A stretch of DNA of 64,000 nt from Prolixibacteraceae bacterium (lineage in GTDB: Bacteria; Bacteroidota; Bacteroidia; Bacteroidales; Prolixibacteraceae), in the NCBI GenBank assembly GCA_963678235.1, contig OY782766.1:4489617-4553616 (forward strand), written 5' to 3'. The position numbers and the translations under genes were made by a program. Positions within the stretch are counted from its first letter, which is position 1, and the number at the start of each line of letters is the position of its first letter. Of the stretch, positions 48,787 to 59,600 are shown piece by piece. The notes beneath the pieces are model-generated. The model saw only the letters and a program-made list of their open reading frames with translations. It made no database searches and had not been told where the DNA came from.

Positions 48787-48919
48787 GCGGTTTATTAATT
48801 CAGGCTTCGCAATTACCGTTTATTTACATTAAGTTAAACTCTGGTTTTTTTTATAGTGCATTAACATGCTGGCTGTGATTTTTTGATATATTCGCATGTA
48901 AATATATATAAATATAGAT

Positions 48920-49633
48920 ATGTATAAATTATTATTAATCACAATTCCACTGTTAATGAGTATGTTTATAACTACAGCCCAATCAACTTTGCATGTAAAT
49001 GCAGTAGAGTTCAGCAATTTAATGAAGTCAGAGAAAGGTGTTATTCTGGATGTGCGGACACCACAAGAGTATTCGCGTGGCCATATTGATGGTTCTACCT
49101 TAATCAATATTGCCAACAGGGAATTTACAACAAAAGTGAATTTATTACAGAAAGACAAACCTGTATATATATATTGTTTGACTGGAAGCCGTAGCCGTGC
49201 AGCGGCTAATTATATGGTTCAGCAGGGTTTTTCAAAAGTGTATAACCTGCAACGGGGAATTCTCGATTGGCAGCAAAACAACCTGCCTGTTGTTCAAAGC
49301 CAGGCCACCGTTGCCAGCAAAAGCAAAACCTATAGCACTTCTGATTTTGATCAGTTAGTACAATCCGAAAAGTTGGTCTTGGTCGATTTTCACGCGGTAT
49401 GGTGTGCCCCATGCAAACAAATGTCACCGGTTATCGACAAGCTTAGCCAGAATTATAAAGGAAAGGTGAAAGTTGAAAAAATTGATGTGGAGGCAAACCG
49501 TGAAATTGCGCAATCCAATCAAATTCAGTCGATCCCGGGATTTGTGCTTTTTAAGGATGGCAAAAAGGCCTGGACGCACAAAGGAATGATTACCTATACT
49601 GAACTGGAAAATGTCTTAAACAGCAACATGTAA
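48920..49633 (+). CDS. Secreted rhodanese-domain plus thioredoxin fusion protein
   Basis: Signal peptide, a rhodanese active-site loop (IYCLTGSRSRAAA), and a thioredoxin WCAPC (WCAPCKQM). Confidence 0.75.
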   Translation: MYKLLLITIPLLMSMFITTAQSTLHVNAVEFSNLMKSEKGVILDVRTPQEYSRGHIDGSTLINIANREFTTKVNLLQKDKPVYIYCLTGSRSRAAANYMVQQGFSKVYNLQRGILDWQQNNLPVVQSQATVASKSKTYSTSDFDQLVQSEKLVLVDFHAVWCAPCKQMSPVIDKLSQNYKGKVKVEKIDVEANREIAQSNQIQSIPGFVLFKDGKKAWTHKGMITYTELENVLNSNM

Positions 49634-49913
49634 CAAGAAAAAATTGCTTCATAATTAAAAGACCTTTCTTTCTGTTTTTTGCAGATTGGGCGGTTTTTTT
49701 ATTTAGGACGAATTATAAACATGTGTTTATAAAGATGCCTACAAACTCCGAAATAAAATTAATCTGGGCCAAGTTGGGAAGTCTTATGAAATCCTATTCT
49801 ACAACTGTTTTATACTAAGCATCCTAGATATTTGACGATTCGAATAAATCAAACGGATGTTTTTTTTTCTCATTTATTGTATTATTTTCGAATTCAAATT
49901 AAAACCTACATCT

Positions 49914-51080
49914 ATGAGGATCATTGAGGTTAACGATCGTAAATCTCTGAAAGCTTTTTATAAAGTACCCTCGATTATTTATAAAGGTGATTCTAATTAT
50001 GTACCTCAACTTCGCAATTCTGTTGAAGAAATATTCAGTGATGAAAAAAATGCACTTTTTAAAAATGGAAATGCGGCGCGGTGGGTTTTAATGGACCATA
50101 AAAACAATCCTTTGGGCAGGATAGCTGCCTTTTTTAACAACAACAATGCAAATTTAAATGACCAGCCAACCGGTGGGTGCGGTTTTTTTGAGTGTGTAAA
50201 TAACCCAAGTGCATCTAAAAGGTTGTTTGATGTGGCAAAAAATTGGTTGTCGGTGCAGGGAATGGAAGCAATGGATGGTCCGGTAAATTTTGGCGAAAAC
50301 TTCTTTCATTGGGGGTTGTTGATCGAAGGATTTATGCCACAGGGCTATGGAATGCCTTACAACAAGCCCTATTACCGGAAACTGTTCGAAGATTATGGGT
50401 TTAAATTGTACTATAAGCAATTTACCTATGAACTGGATATTACAGACCCAAACCTGCCCGACAGGTTTTGGAAAATAGCAGCCTGGGTTGCAAAAAAACC
50501 AAACTTTACCTTCGAGCATTTTACGTTTAGGAACCAGGAAAAATATATCCATGATTTTATCAAAATCCACCAGCAGGCATGGCGTAAACATGCGAACTAT
50601 AAACCAATTGAGGACCACAACCTGCGGGAATTAATTGCCCAATCGAAAGTGGCACTTGAAGAAGAATTCATTTGGTTTGTTTACCACAAAGGTGAGCCGG
50701 TTGCGTTTTTTATGATGATTCCGGATATCAACCAAATCCTGAAACGGATGAACGGCAAGTTAAACTTTGTGAGTATCCTGAAATTCCTATACCTAAAGAG
50801 GCGGAAAACAATCAACAGGGTTAGGGTATTGGTGATGGGGGTTGTGCCGAAATTTCAAAAATCAGGTTTGGAATCCGGTATTTTTTGGAATTTAAGAAAG
50901 GTAATGCTTCAAAAACCCTGGTACAACGAAATGGAATTAAGTTGGGTAGGGGACTTTAATCCTAAAATGATTTCCTTGTTTAATTCTGTTGGGGGCCATC
51001 ATACAAAAACACATTATACCATGCGGTACCTTTTCGATCAGGAAAAAGAATTTAAACGACTTCCTATTATTTCTGATTAG
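49914..51080 (+). CDS. Conserved hypothetical protein, tandem paralog A (GNAT-like acyltransferase fold suspected)
   Basis: About 58% identical to the next ORF. Shared blocks include LGRIAAF, PTGGCGFFEC, MEAMDGP.NFGEN, EGFMPQGYGMPYN and VMGVVPKFQKSG.ES (a GNAT motif-A-like block). The start is chosen at MRIIEV to match the paralog. Confidence 0.5.
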   Translation: MRIIEVNDRKSLKAFYKVPSIIYKGDSNYVPQLRNSVEEIFSDEKNALFKNGNAARWVLMDHKNNPLGRIAAFFNNNNANLNDQPTGGCGFFECVNNPSASKRLFDVAKNWLSVQGMEAMDGPVNFGENFFHWGLLIEGFMPQGYGMPYNKPYYRKLFEDYGFKLYYKQFTYELDITDPNLPDRFWKIAAWVAKKPNFTFEHFTFRNQEKYIHDFIKIHQQAWRKHANYKPIEDHNLRELIAQSKVALEEEFIWFVYHKGEPVAFFMMIPDINQILKRMNGKLNFVSILKFLYLKRRKTINRVRVLVMGVVPKFQKSGLESGIFWNLRKVMLQKPWYNEMELSWVGDFNPKMISLFNSVGGHHTKTHYTMRYLFDQEKEFKRLPIISD

Positions 51081-51115
51081 ATTCGCTTATTTTGTAGCCA
51101 AATAAAATCAACAAC

Positions 51116-52285
51116 ATGCAGCTTCTCGAAGTAGTAGATAAAAAAGCGGTAAAGGCTTTTCATAAAGTGCCTCATTTGATATATAAAGGCGATCCTAATT
51201 GGGCATGCCCCCTCCATGGAATGGTGGAAGATATTTTCGATCCAAAGAAAAATGCATCCTTTAAAAACGGAAAAGCTATTCGTTGGATTTTGACGGATAA
51301 CAATGGGAATTTATTGGGCAGGATAGCAGCCTTTATTAATTATAAAAAATCGAATACCTACGAACAGCCAACAGGTGGGTGTGGTTTTTTTGAGTGTGTT
51401 GACAATCAGGAAGCTGCCAATGTTTTATTTGATGCTGCTCGTGACTGGCTGAAAGAAAATAAAATGGAAGCCATGGATGGTCCCATTAATTTTGGCGAAA
51501 ACTACGTGAATTGGGGATTGTTGGCTGAAGGTTTTATGCCACAGGGATACGGAATGCCCTACAACCCTGAATATTATGTCCGATTATTCGAAACCTATGG
51601 GTTTAAGATATTTTTCAAACAATTCAGTTTTCATTTAAACTATTCGGTTCCTTTCCCCGAAAGGTTCTGGAAAATAGCCGGGTGGGTTGCCAATAAACCA
51701 GCTTACAGTTTCGAGCATTTTGATTTTAGCAAATCAGAAAAATATATCGATGACTTTGCCCATATTTACAACGAAGCATGGCGTTTTCACGAGCATTTTC
51801 AACCACTGGACAAGGATGAATTGCGTGATTTTATTTCTACGTCAAAAGCAATCCTCGATCCCGAATTTATATGGTTCGCTTATCATGAAGGTAGCCCAAT
51901 AGCGTTGTTTGTGATGATACCTGATATCAATCAAATACTGGCAAAATTAAATGGCAAGTTAAATTTTATCAATATCCTGAAATTTATGTATTTGAAAAAA
52001 ACGCATGCCATTACCCGGACACGGATCCTGATTATGGGCGTTGTTCCTAAGTTTCAGAAGTCGGGGATTGAGTCTGCAATTTTTTGGCATCAGGATAAAT
52101 TAATGAAACATAAACCATGGTATAAAGAGGTGGAATTGTCGTGGGCTGGCGACTTTAATCCTAAAATTGTGGCTTTATATCACTCCGTTGGAGGGAAACA
52201 TGTGAAAACACATTACACGATGAGGTACTTATTCGACCGTGAAAAACCCTTTAAAAGGGCACCAATTATTGGGGCAGAAGAATAA
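51116..52285 (+). CDS. Conserved hypothetical protein, tandem paralog B
   Basis: Same family as 49914-51080. Confidence 0.5.
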   Translation: MQLLEVVDKKAVKAFHKVPHLIYKGDPNWACPLHGMVEDIFDPKKNASFKNGKAIRWILTDNNGNLLGRIAAFINYKKSNTYEQPTGGCGFFECVDNQEAANVLFDAARDWLKENKMEAMDGPINFGENYVNWGLLAEGFMPQGYGMPYNPEYYVRLFETYGFKIFFKQFSFHLNYSVPFPERFWKIAGWVANKPAYSFEHFDFSKSEKYIDDFAHIYNEAWRFHEHFQPLDKDELRDFISTSKAILDPEFIWFAYHEGSPIALFVMIPDINQILAKLNGKLNFINILKFMYLKKTHAITRTRILIMGVVPKFQKSGIESAIFWHQDKLMKHKPWYKEVELSWAGDFNPKIVALYHSVGGKHVKTHYTMRYLFDREKPFKRAPIIGAEE

Positions 52286-52318
52286 TACAATAAAAATGTA
52301 AGATATAGATAAAATATT

Positions 52319-52349
52319 TTTGGAAATAAGGGAAGTATATATATCTTTG
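52319..52349 (+). promoter_or_regulatory. Bacteroidetes sigmaA-type promoter (TTTG-N19-TATCTTTG) for rpmE2
   Basis: The -33 TTTG at 52319-22 and the -7 TAnnTTTG at 52342-49 lie 27 nt upstream of the ATG. Confidence 0.5.
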
Positions 52350-52375
52350 CACACCGTTAGAAAAAATTAGGTAAA

Positions 52376-52639
52376 ATGAAAAAAGGAATACATCCAGATA
52401 CTTATAGAATGGTCGCTTTTAAAGATATGTCAAATGAGCATACCTTTCTAACAAAGTCTACAGTTCAAACAAAAGAGACAATCGAGATAGAAGGCGTAGA
52501 GTATCCGCTTGTTAAATTGGAGATTTCTAATACATCTCATCCGTTTTATACAGGTAAAAGTAAACTTGTTGATACTGCAGGACGTGTGGATAAATTTAAT
52601 ACACGTTACAAAAAACACCTGAGTGAAAAGAAAAAGTAA
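52376..52639 (+). CDS. rpmE2: 50S ribosomal protein L31 type B (no zinc ribbon)
   Basis: Opens [30 protein letters not shown] and carries the conserved C-terminal [27 protein letters not shown]. Confidence 0.85.
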   Translation: MKKGIHPDTYRMVAFKDMSNEHTFLTKSTVQTKETIEIEGVEYPLVKLEISNTSHPFYTGKSKLVDTAGRVDKFNTRYKKHLSEKKK

Positions 52640-52878
52640 ATTTCTTTAAAACGATATAATTAAAGCTCTGCTATGGTAGGGCTTTTTTTATGCTTTGTGT
52701 TTTGATAAATAGTTCCAAAATTGGAATCGGTTTCCAATATTGACAGTCCAATGAGTGTCGATTATGTCAGGATTATTGATGAATAGCGTATTCTGGTCTG
52801 TGGCATAACTATTGTATTTTGGGAATTGTTAAAAATTACTACAAACTGTAAAGACATATTGTCACTTAATTATTTACT

Positions 52879-55335
52879 ATGGGAGAGCTTAAAAGCGAAG
52901 ACTTTGAAAACATATTATTTTCTGATTTAATTGATGAAAATTCCGAATTTATTCCAATAATCGCTGATGGATCTGATTCTGATTTAAGGGATGTTGAGGT
53001 TCCGGATGTATTACCAATATTGCCGCTCAGAAATACCGTTTTGTTTCCGGGTGTTGTTCTTCCAATTACCGTTGGAAGAAAAAAATCCTTGAAGCTAATA
53101 AAAGACGTTTATAGGGGAAGCCGCTTATTGGGGACAATAGCACAAAAAGATTATAAAAACGATGATCCAAGGCCAATTGATTTGTACGATGTTGGAACGG
53201 TTGCTGAGGTTTTAAAAATACTGGAAATGCCTGATGGGTCAACATCGGTAATTATTCAAGGAAAAAGAAGGTATAAAATTAGGGAGTTCCTTGAATCGGA
53301 ACCTTATTACAAAGCTTCGGTTGAAGCTTTAATGGACGAAATGCCCAGAAATGAAAGCCAGGAGTTTAATGCTATTGTTGGTTCGCTCAAAGATCTTTCT
53401 ATCAAAATTGCAAACTTTGCATCAAACGTTCCGCCGGAAGCCACATTTGCAGTAAAAAATATTGAAAACTCAACTTTCCTAATCAATTTTATTTGTTCCA
53501 ACTCCGATATCGAAGTAGAAAATAAACAAAGCCTGTTGGAAATTGCTGAGCTTAGGGAAAGGGGTGTGCAGGCAATAAGCTACCTTGTAAAAGAGGTTCA
53601 GGTTCTCGAATTAAAAAGGGATATCCAATCGAAGGTAAAAACCGATATGGATAAGCAGCAGAGGGAGTTTATGCTGCACCAGCAAATGAAAACCATCCAG
53701 GACGAACTTGGCGGTAACCCTATTGAACAGGAAATCGATGAGCTTAAAAAGAAAGCTGAAAATAAAAAGTGGGGAAAAGAAGTTGCGGATTTTTTCAATA
53801 AAGAACTTCAAAAATTAAGCCGTTTAAATCCTGCAGCTGGTGAATACTCGGTCCAGTTTTCCTTCTGCCAAACCATGCTTGACTTGCCATGGAATGAATA
53901 TACCGAAGATAATTTTAATCTGAAACATGCGACAAAAGTCTTGGATGAAGATCATTATGGTTTGGAAAAGGTGAAGGATCGTATTCTTGAGCATCTTGCC
54001 GTTTTAAAGCTTAAAAACGATATGAAATCGCCAATCCTTTGCTTGTATGGCCCTCCTGGAGTTGGAAAAACTTCGTTAGGGAAATCGGTAGCAAGGGCGC
54101 TTGGAAGAAATTACGTAAGGGTGAGTTTGGGTGGTTTACACGATGAATCGGAAATTCGTGGGCACAGAAAAACATATATCGGGGCAATGCCAGGAAGGAT
54201 TATTCAAAACATTAAGAAAGCAAAATCGTCTAATCCGGTATTTATATTGGATGAAATCGATAAGGTTTCAAAAGACTTTCATGGCGATCCGGCTTCAGCT
54301 CTTTTGGAAGTGTTGGACCCTGAGCAAAACTCTGAATTTCACGATAATTACCTGGAGGTTGATTACGATTTGTCTAAGGTAATGTTTATTGCAACTGCAA
54401 ACTCATTGAGCACCATAGCACCCGCTTTGCGTGACCGTTTAGAATTGATCGATGTGAGCGGATACCTTGTGGAAGAAAAGGTTGAGATTGCCAAAAGGCA
54501 CCTGATTCCAAAGCAATTGAAAAACCACGGCCTTAAAAAAGGGGAAATTGCTTTTGGGAAAGAAGTTATCGAAAATATAATTGAAAACTATACGCGTGAA
54601 TCAGGGGTTAGGGGATTGGATAAGAAAATTGCAAAACTAATCCGGAAAATTGCAAAACGAATAGCATTTGATGAGAGCTATAATAAAAAACTCACAAAGC
54701 AAGATGTGCGCGATTATCTTGGTGTGGTTGAATTTACCAAAGAAAGATACCAGGGTAATGAATTTGCTGGTGTTGTAACAGGTCTTGCCTGGACTGCTGT
54801 TGGAGGTGAAATCCTATTTGTTGAGACCAGTTTGAGCAAAGGGAAAGGAGCTTTAACTTTAACAGGTAATTTGGGCGATGTGATGAAGGAATCGGCTATG
54901 TTGGCTCATGAATATTTAAAATCACATGCTGGAGAATTGAAATTGGAACCTGAGATTTTTGGCAATTGGAACGTTCATGTGCATGTTCCCGAAGGGGCAA
55001 TTCCTAAAGATGGCCCTTCTGCCGGAATAACAATGGTAACATCTATTGCATCGGCCTTTACGCAGCGAAAGGTGAAGAAAAATATCGCAATGACCGGTGA
55101 AATTACCCTTCGCGGGAAAGTACTTCCGGTTGGTGGTATCAAAGAAAAAATATTGGCAGCCAAACGTGCAGGGATCAATGAAATAATCCTTTCGAAAGAC
55201 AATCAAAAAGACCTGGAAGAAATAAAGGAAATTTATATCAAAGGACTTAAATTCCATTTTGTGAATACGATTATGGATGTGTTGGACATTGCCTTGTTAA
55301 AATCAAAGGTTGAGCAGCCGGTGAATGTCAATTAA
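52879..55335 (+). CDS. lon: ATP-dependent Lon protease
   Basis: Lon N-terminal domain, Walker [10 protein letters not shown], and the protease Ser site DGPSAGI with the downstream Lys. Confidence 0.92.
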   Translation: MGELKSEDFENILFSDLIDENSEFIPIIADGSDSDLRDVEVPDVLPILPLRNTVLFPGVVLPITVGRKKSLKLIKDVYRGSRLLGTIAQKDYKNDDPRPIDLYDVGTVAEVLKILEMPDGSTSVIIQGKRRYKIREFLESEPYYKASVEALMDEMPRNESQEFNAIVGSLKDLSIKIANFASNVPPEATFAVKNIENSTFLINFICSNSDIEVENKQSLLEIAELRERGVQAISYLVKEVQVLELKRDIQSKVKTDMDKQQREFMLHQQMKTIQDELGGNPIEQEIDELKKKAENKKWGKEVADFFNKELQKLSRLNPAAGEYSVQFSFCQTMLDLPWNEYTEDNFNLKHATKVLDEDHYGLEKVKDRILEHLAVLKLKNDMKSPILCLYGPPGVGKTSLGKSVARALGRNYVRVSLGGLHDESEIRGHRKTYIGAMPGRIIQNIKKAKSSNPVFILDEIDKVSKDFHGDPASALLEVLDPEQNSEFHDNYLEVDYDLSKVMFIATANSLSTIAPALRDRLELIDVSGYLVEEKVEIAKRHLIPKQLKNHGLKKGEIAFGKEVIENIIENYTRESGVRGLDKKIAKLIRKIAKRIAFDESYNKKLTKQDVRDYLGVVEFTKERYQGNEFAGVVTGLAWTAVGGEILFVETSLSKGKGALTLTGNLGDVMKESAMLAHEYLKSHAGELKLEPEIFGNWNVHVHVPEGAIPKDGPSAGITMVTSIASAFTQRKVKKNIAMTGEITLRGKVLPVGGIKEKILAAKRAGINEIILSKDNQKDLEEIKEIYIKGLKFHFVNTIMDVLDIALLKSKVEQPVNVN

Positions 55336-55363
55336 AATTTAAAAATCATATAGAAAATTATGG

Positions 55364-55391
55364 AGGCATCTTTTTAAGGTGCCTTTTTTTA
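55364..55391 (+). terminator. Intrinsic terminator of lon
   Basis: aggcatc-tttttaa-ggtgcct followed by ttttttt. Confidence 0.65.
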
Positions 55392-55482
55392 TGATTTATA
55401 TGGATTAATTCTTCAAATTTTAGAACTTTGTAATTGAAATATTGTTATATCTATATATTTCGAATTGTTTAATTTTATATAA

Positions 55483-55947
55483 ATGAAAATGTTCATATTT
55501 GGATTAATAGTTGGAATTGCATTGACTGTTATTTTTGCAATGCTTGTAATTCCGAAGCAAATGTTCCTGGTGGACGAAAGCAAATATTCTTTCGACGAAA
55601 CAGTTGAACAGATTGAGAAATCGGTGTCTGAAAATAAATGGAGCATGCCTAATCAGTATGACCTTCAGGCAACAATGAAAAAGCATGGGTTTGATGTAAA
55701 CCCGGTAAAAGTATTTTCTATTTGTAAACCATCTATTGCCAACGAAATACTTGGTGGTAGCGAAGAGAGGTACGTTTCGGCTTTAATGCCGTGTAGGATT
55801 GCCGTTTACGAAAAGAAAGATGGTAAAGTTTATATCTCAAGAATGAATGCCGGATTGATTGCAAAAGTTCTGGGAAAGAAAATAAATACGGTAATGGCTG
55901 AAGCAAGTACAGAAAATGAACTTATCTTAGCGTCTGTAATTAAATAA
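55483..55947 (+). CDS. DUF302-family protein with an N-terminal TM
   Basis: 154 aa carrying the DUF302-like motifs SICKP and ALMPCRIAVYE. Confidence 0.55.
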   Translation: MKMFIFGLIVGIALTVIFAMLVIPKQMFLVDESKYSFDETVEQIEKSVSENKWSMPNQYDLQATMKKHGFDVNPVKVFSICKPSIANEILGGSEERYVSALMPCRIAVYEKKDGKVYISRMNAGLIAKVLGKKINTVMAEASTENELILASVIK

Positions 55948-55955
55948 CTTATCCT

Positions 55956-56273
55956 ATGAAAAATTTTGTATTCATTATTTTAGCCTTGGTGCTTTTTGCT
56001 TGTCAAAATAACAAATCAACAAAAGCTGGTTCAGATACACAAACAATTGCGGAACTTACAGAAGCAACATTCGATGTAAGCGGAATGACTTGTGATCATT
56101 GTGTTGCTTCCATCAACAAAAGTGTTGGTGAGCTGGAAGGTGTTGATTTGGTTGAAACTACTCTTGATGATTCTACGACCGTTGTCAAATTTGATAAATC
56201 AAAAGTAACGGTAGATGAAATTATTAAAACAATAGATTCGAGAGGTTACAAAGCAAGTGTCGCAAGCGAGTGA
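55956..56273 (+). CDS. Heavy-metal-associated (HMA) domain lipoprotein
   Basis: Lipobox LVLFAC and the metal-binding motif GMTCDHC. Confidence 0.7.
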   Translation: MKNFVFIILALVLFACQNNKSTKAGSDTQTIAELTEATFDVSGMTCDHCVASINKSVGELEGVDLVETTLDDSTTVVKFDKSKVTVDEIIKTIDSRGYKASVASE

Positions 56274-56315
56274 TTATCTGACTTTGCATAAAAGAATTTA
56301 ACAATTGTGCGTAAA

Positions 56316-56342
56316 GGTATCCTTCTTTGGGTGCCTTTTTTG
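56316..56342 (+). terminator. Intrinsic terminator after the HMA gene
   Basis: ggtatcc-ttcttt-gggtgcc followed by tttttttg. Near-identical in sequence to the lon terminator. Confidence 0.55.
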
Positions 56343-56480
56343 TTAAAACGCAACCATTCTCAGGTTTTTCCATCTTTATCAACAATAAAGAGTTTGAAAC
56401 TCTGTTTAAGCTATAAAAAATAGCTATTTATTTTTGGTATAGAATTTGTTAAATTGAACTAATCAAATTAAGGACACAAG

Positions 56481-56609
56481 ATGAAGATGGAAAAAGTATT
56501 TACAAAAGTGTGGAAGGTACAATTAAAAATACCGGTTGATTTTCCCAAAAACAAATTGGAGAAACCCATTAAAAAAATCGATTGGTCATTCAAATTGATG
56601 CTAAACTAA
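56481..56609 (+). CDS. Possible 42-aa small protein
   Basis: ATG...TAA ORF (MKMEKVFTKVWKVQLKIPVDFPKNKLEKPIKKIDWSFKLMLN) followed 30 nt later by a strong terminator. Sequence evidence only. Confidence 0.2.
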   Translation: MKMEKVFTKVWKVQLKIPVDFPKNKLEKPIKKIDWSFKLMLN

Positions 56610-56630
56610 GAAGAATTAAATTTATTACCC

Positions 56631-56677
56631 TATATAAAAAAACACCTGCTTAGCTATAAAAGTCAGGTGTTTTTTAT
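56631..56677. terminator. Bidirectional intrinsic terminator between carB and the small ORF
   Basis: aaaaa-aacacctg-(15-nt loop)-caggtgtt-ttttt: a perfect 8-bp stem. Confidence 0.7.
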
Positions 56678-56696
56678 TTCCTTAAATGTAGTTTCT

Positions 56697-59600
56697 TTAG
56701 TTGGTATATTCGTCCCAACTTTTTATAATCATATCTTCTTCTTTGTATTTACATATCCCATAAATAAATGCACTGGCAACCCTGGCATTGGTAATTAATG
56801 GAATATTGAAATCAATAGAGTTCCTACGGATCATATAACCATTGTTAAGCTCTCTTTTCGTATGGTTCTTTGGAATATTCACCACCAAATCAATTTTCTT
56901 TTGTTGAAGGTAATCCAATGTATTTGGGGTGCTTCCTTCTTCATCGGGCCAGTATAAAAGTGTATTCTCAACACCATTGTCAAGGAAAAATTTGCTTGTC
57001 CCTTCGGTCGCAAAAATATTGTAGCCTTTTTCCTTTAACATTTTGGCGCTGTTCAACAACTCAATTTTTGAACGGGAAGGTCCCGATGAGATCAAAATAT
57101 TTTTTTCAGGAAACCTGTATCCAACCGAAAGCATTGATTTCAGGATTGCTTCGTAATAAGATTCCCCGATACAGGCAACTTCACCGGTCGAAGACATATC
57201 GACACCCAATACCGGATCAGCATTTAATAAACGCGCAAAAGAGAATTGAGGTGCTTTTACGCCAACATAATCCAATTCAAACAACGATTTGTCGGGTTTT
57301 TGAACCGGAATGCCTAACATCACTTTTGTGGCAATGTCAATCAGATTGATCTTCATTACTTTCGAAACAAAAGGAAAACTTCTGGATGCCCTTAAGTTGC
57401 ACTCGATTACTTTTATATCGTTATCCTTCGCCAGGAATTGCATGTTAAATGGTCCTGAAATTTCCAGTCCCTGTGCAATTTGGCGCGATATTTTTTTGAT
57501 CCTTCTGATTGTTTCAATATACAATTTTTGAGGAGGGAAAACGATGGTTGCATCACCTGAGTGTACCCCGGCAAACTCAACATGTTCTGAAATGGCATAG
57601 GCAACAATCTCTCCATTTTTTGCAACTGCATCAATTTCGATTTCTTTTGCTTGTTCGATAAATTCGGTTACAACAACAGGGTGTTCTTTTGAAACGTTCG
57701 CGGCCATTTGCAGGAAGTGTTCCAATTGGTCAGGGTTCGAGACAACATTCATTGCTGCTCCCGACAAAACATAAGATGGGCGGATTAGTACAGGGTAACC
57801 AACCTCATCCACGAATTTATTGATTTCCGCAATTGTTGATAAGCGTGCCCATCTTGGCTGATCAACCCCAAGTTTGTCAAGCAGTGATGAGAATTTTTCC
57901 CTGTCTTCGGCATTGTCAATTTTTACTGGCGAAGTACCTAAAACCGGAACATCTTGCTGGTGCAGTTTCATTGCAAGGTTGTTTGGAATTTGTCCTCCCA
58001 TTGAAACCACAACTCCGTTTGGCACTTCAAGGTCAATAATATCCATCACCCGTTCGTAGGTCAATTCATCAAAATATAAACGGTCGCATGTGTCGTAGTC
58101 GGTACTTACGGTTTCAGGATTGTAGTTGATCATTATGGATCGTTTCCCTTCTTTTTTAATGGTGTTAATTGCATTCACACTACACCAGTCAAACTCTACC
58201 GAGCTTCCAATCCGATAGGCTCCTGATCCAAGCACAATAACCGATTGATTATCGTGTGCAAATTCAATATCGTGCTCATTTCCGTTATAGGTCAAATATA
58301 AGTAGTTGGTTTGTGCCGGATATTCACCTGCCAGCGTGTCGATTTGTTTTACAAAAGGAACAATTCCATTTTCTTTGCGGAGTTGCCTTACTTTGTTAAG
58401 GTCAGCATGAATTTTATTGTTAGCACTTTTTAGCACATGCCTTGCAATCTGAAAATCGGAGAATCCTGCTTTTTTTGCATCAGTTAACAACTCAAGCGGT
58501 AAGCTTTCCAAGGAATTATATTCGTGCAAGGAAACTTTTAGTTTGTAAATATTCTGTAATTTCTGAAGGAACCACCTGTCTATTTTGGTCTTTTCAAAGA
58601 GTTCATCAATACTATAGCCTTTGTTCATCGCCTCAGCAATAGCAAATATCCTGCGATCGGTTGGTTCGACCAGCTCTTTTTCAATCTCCTTAATTTTGAT
58701 TTCGCCGCTATTTCCAACAAAGCCGTGCATGCCAATTCCAACCATCCGAATACCTTTCTGGATCGCTTCCTCGAAGGATCTTCCAATGGCCATGATTTCA
58801 CCAACACTTTTCATAGAGCTGCCAATGTCCTTCGACACACCTTCGAACTTGGTTAAATCCCAACGGGGTATTTTCACAACAATATAATCCAAAGCAGGCT
58901 CAAAACAAGCGGTGGTCACTTTGGTCACCGAGTTTTTAAGTTCATGCAAACCATATCCTAAACCAAGTTTTGCTGCTACAAATGCAAGAGGGTAGCCCGT
59001 AGCTTTCGATGCTAAAGCAGAAGACCTTGAAAGCCTTGCATTAACTTCGATAACCCTGTAGTCTTCAGAATTTGGGTCAAGGGCAAACTGAACGTTGCAT
59101 TCGCCAATCACACCGACCCTTCGGATTATTTTTATAGAAATAGCCCTTAGTTTATGGTACTCGGCATTGGTAAGGGTTTGCGATGGTGCAACCACAATAC
59201 TTTCACCCGTGTGGATTCCAAGCGGGTCAAAATTTTCCATATTACATACCGTAATACAGTTATCGTATTTGTCGCGAACGACCTCGTACTCTACTTCTTT
59301 CCAGCCTTTAATCGATTCTTCAATTAAAAGCTGGGGGGAATAGGTGAGGGCTTTGTTTGCAAGCACATTCAGTTCTTCCATATTCTCGCAAAAACCACTA
59401 CCCAGACCTCCTAAAGTATAGGCTGCCCTTATGATGATTGGGAATCCAAGTTCTTTGGCAGCCGCTTTTGCACCTTCTATATTTTCAACTGCAATACTTT
59501 TTGGGGTAAGAACACCAATTTCGGCAAGCATTTTTGAGAAGATATCCCGATCTTCGGTATCAATGATCGACTGAACCGGAGTACCTACAACCTCCAAATT

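Noticed and set aside
52660-52690. Putative rpmE2 terminator aaagc...gcttt followed by a T-run
   Set aside because: Only a 5-bp stem with a 14-nt loop. Weak.
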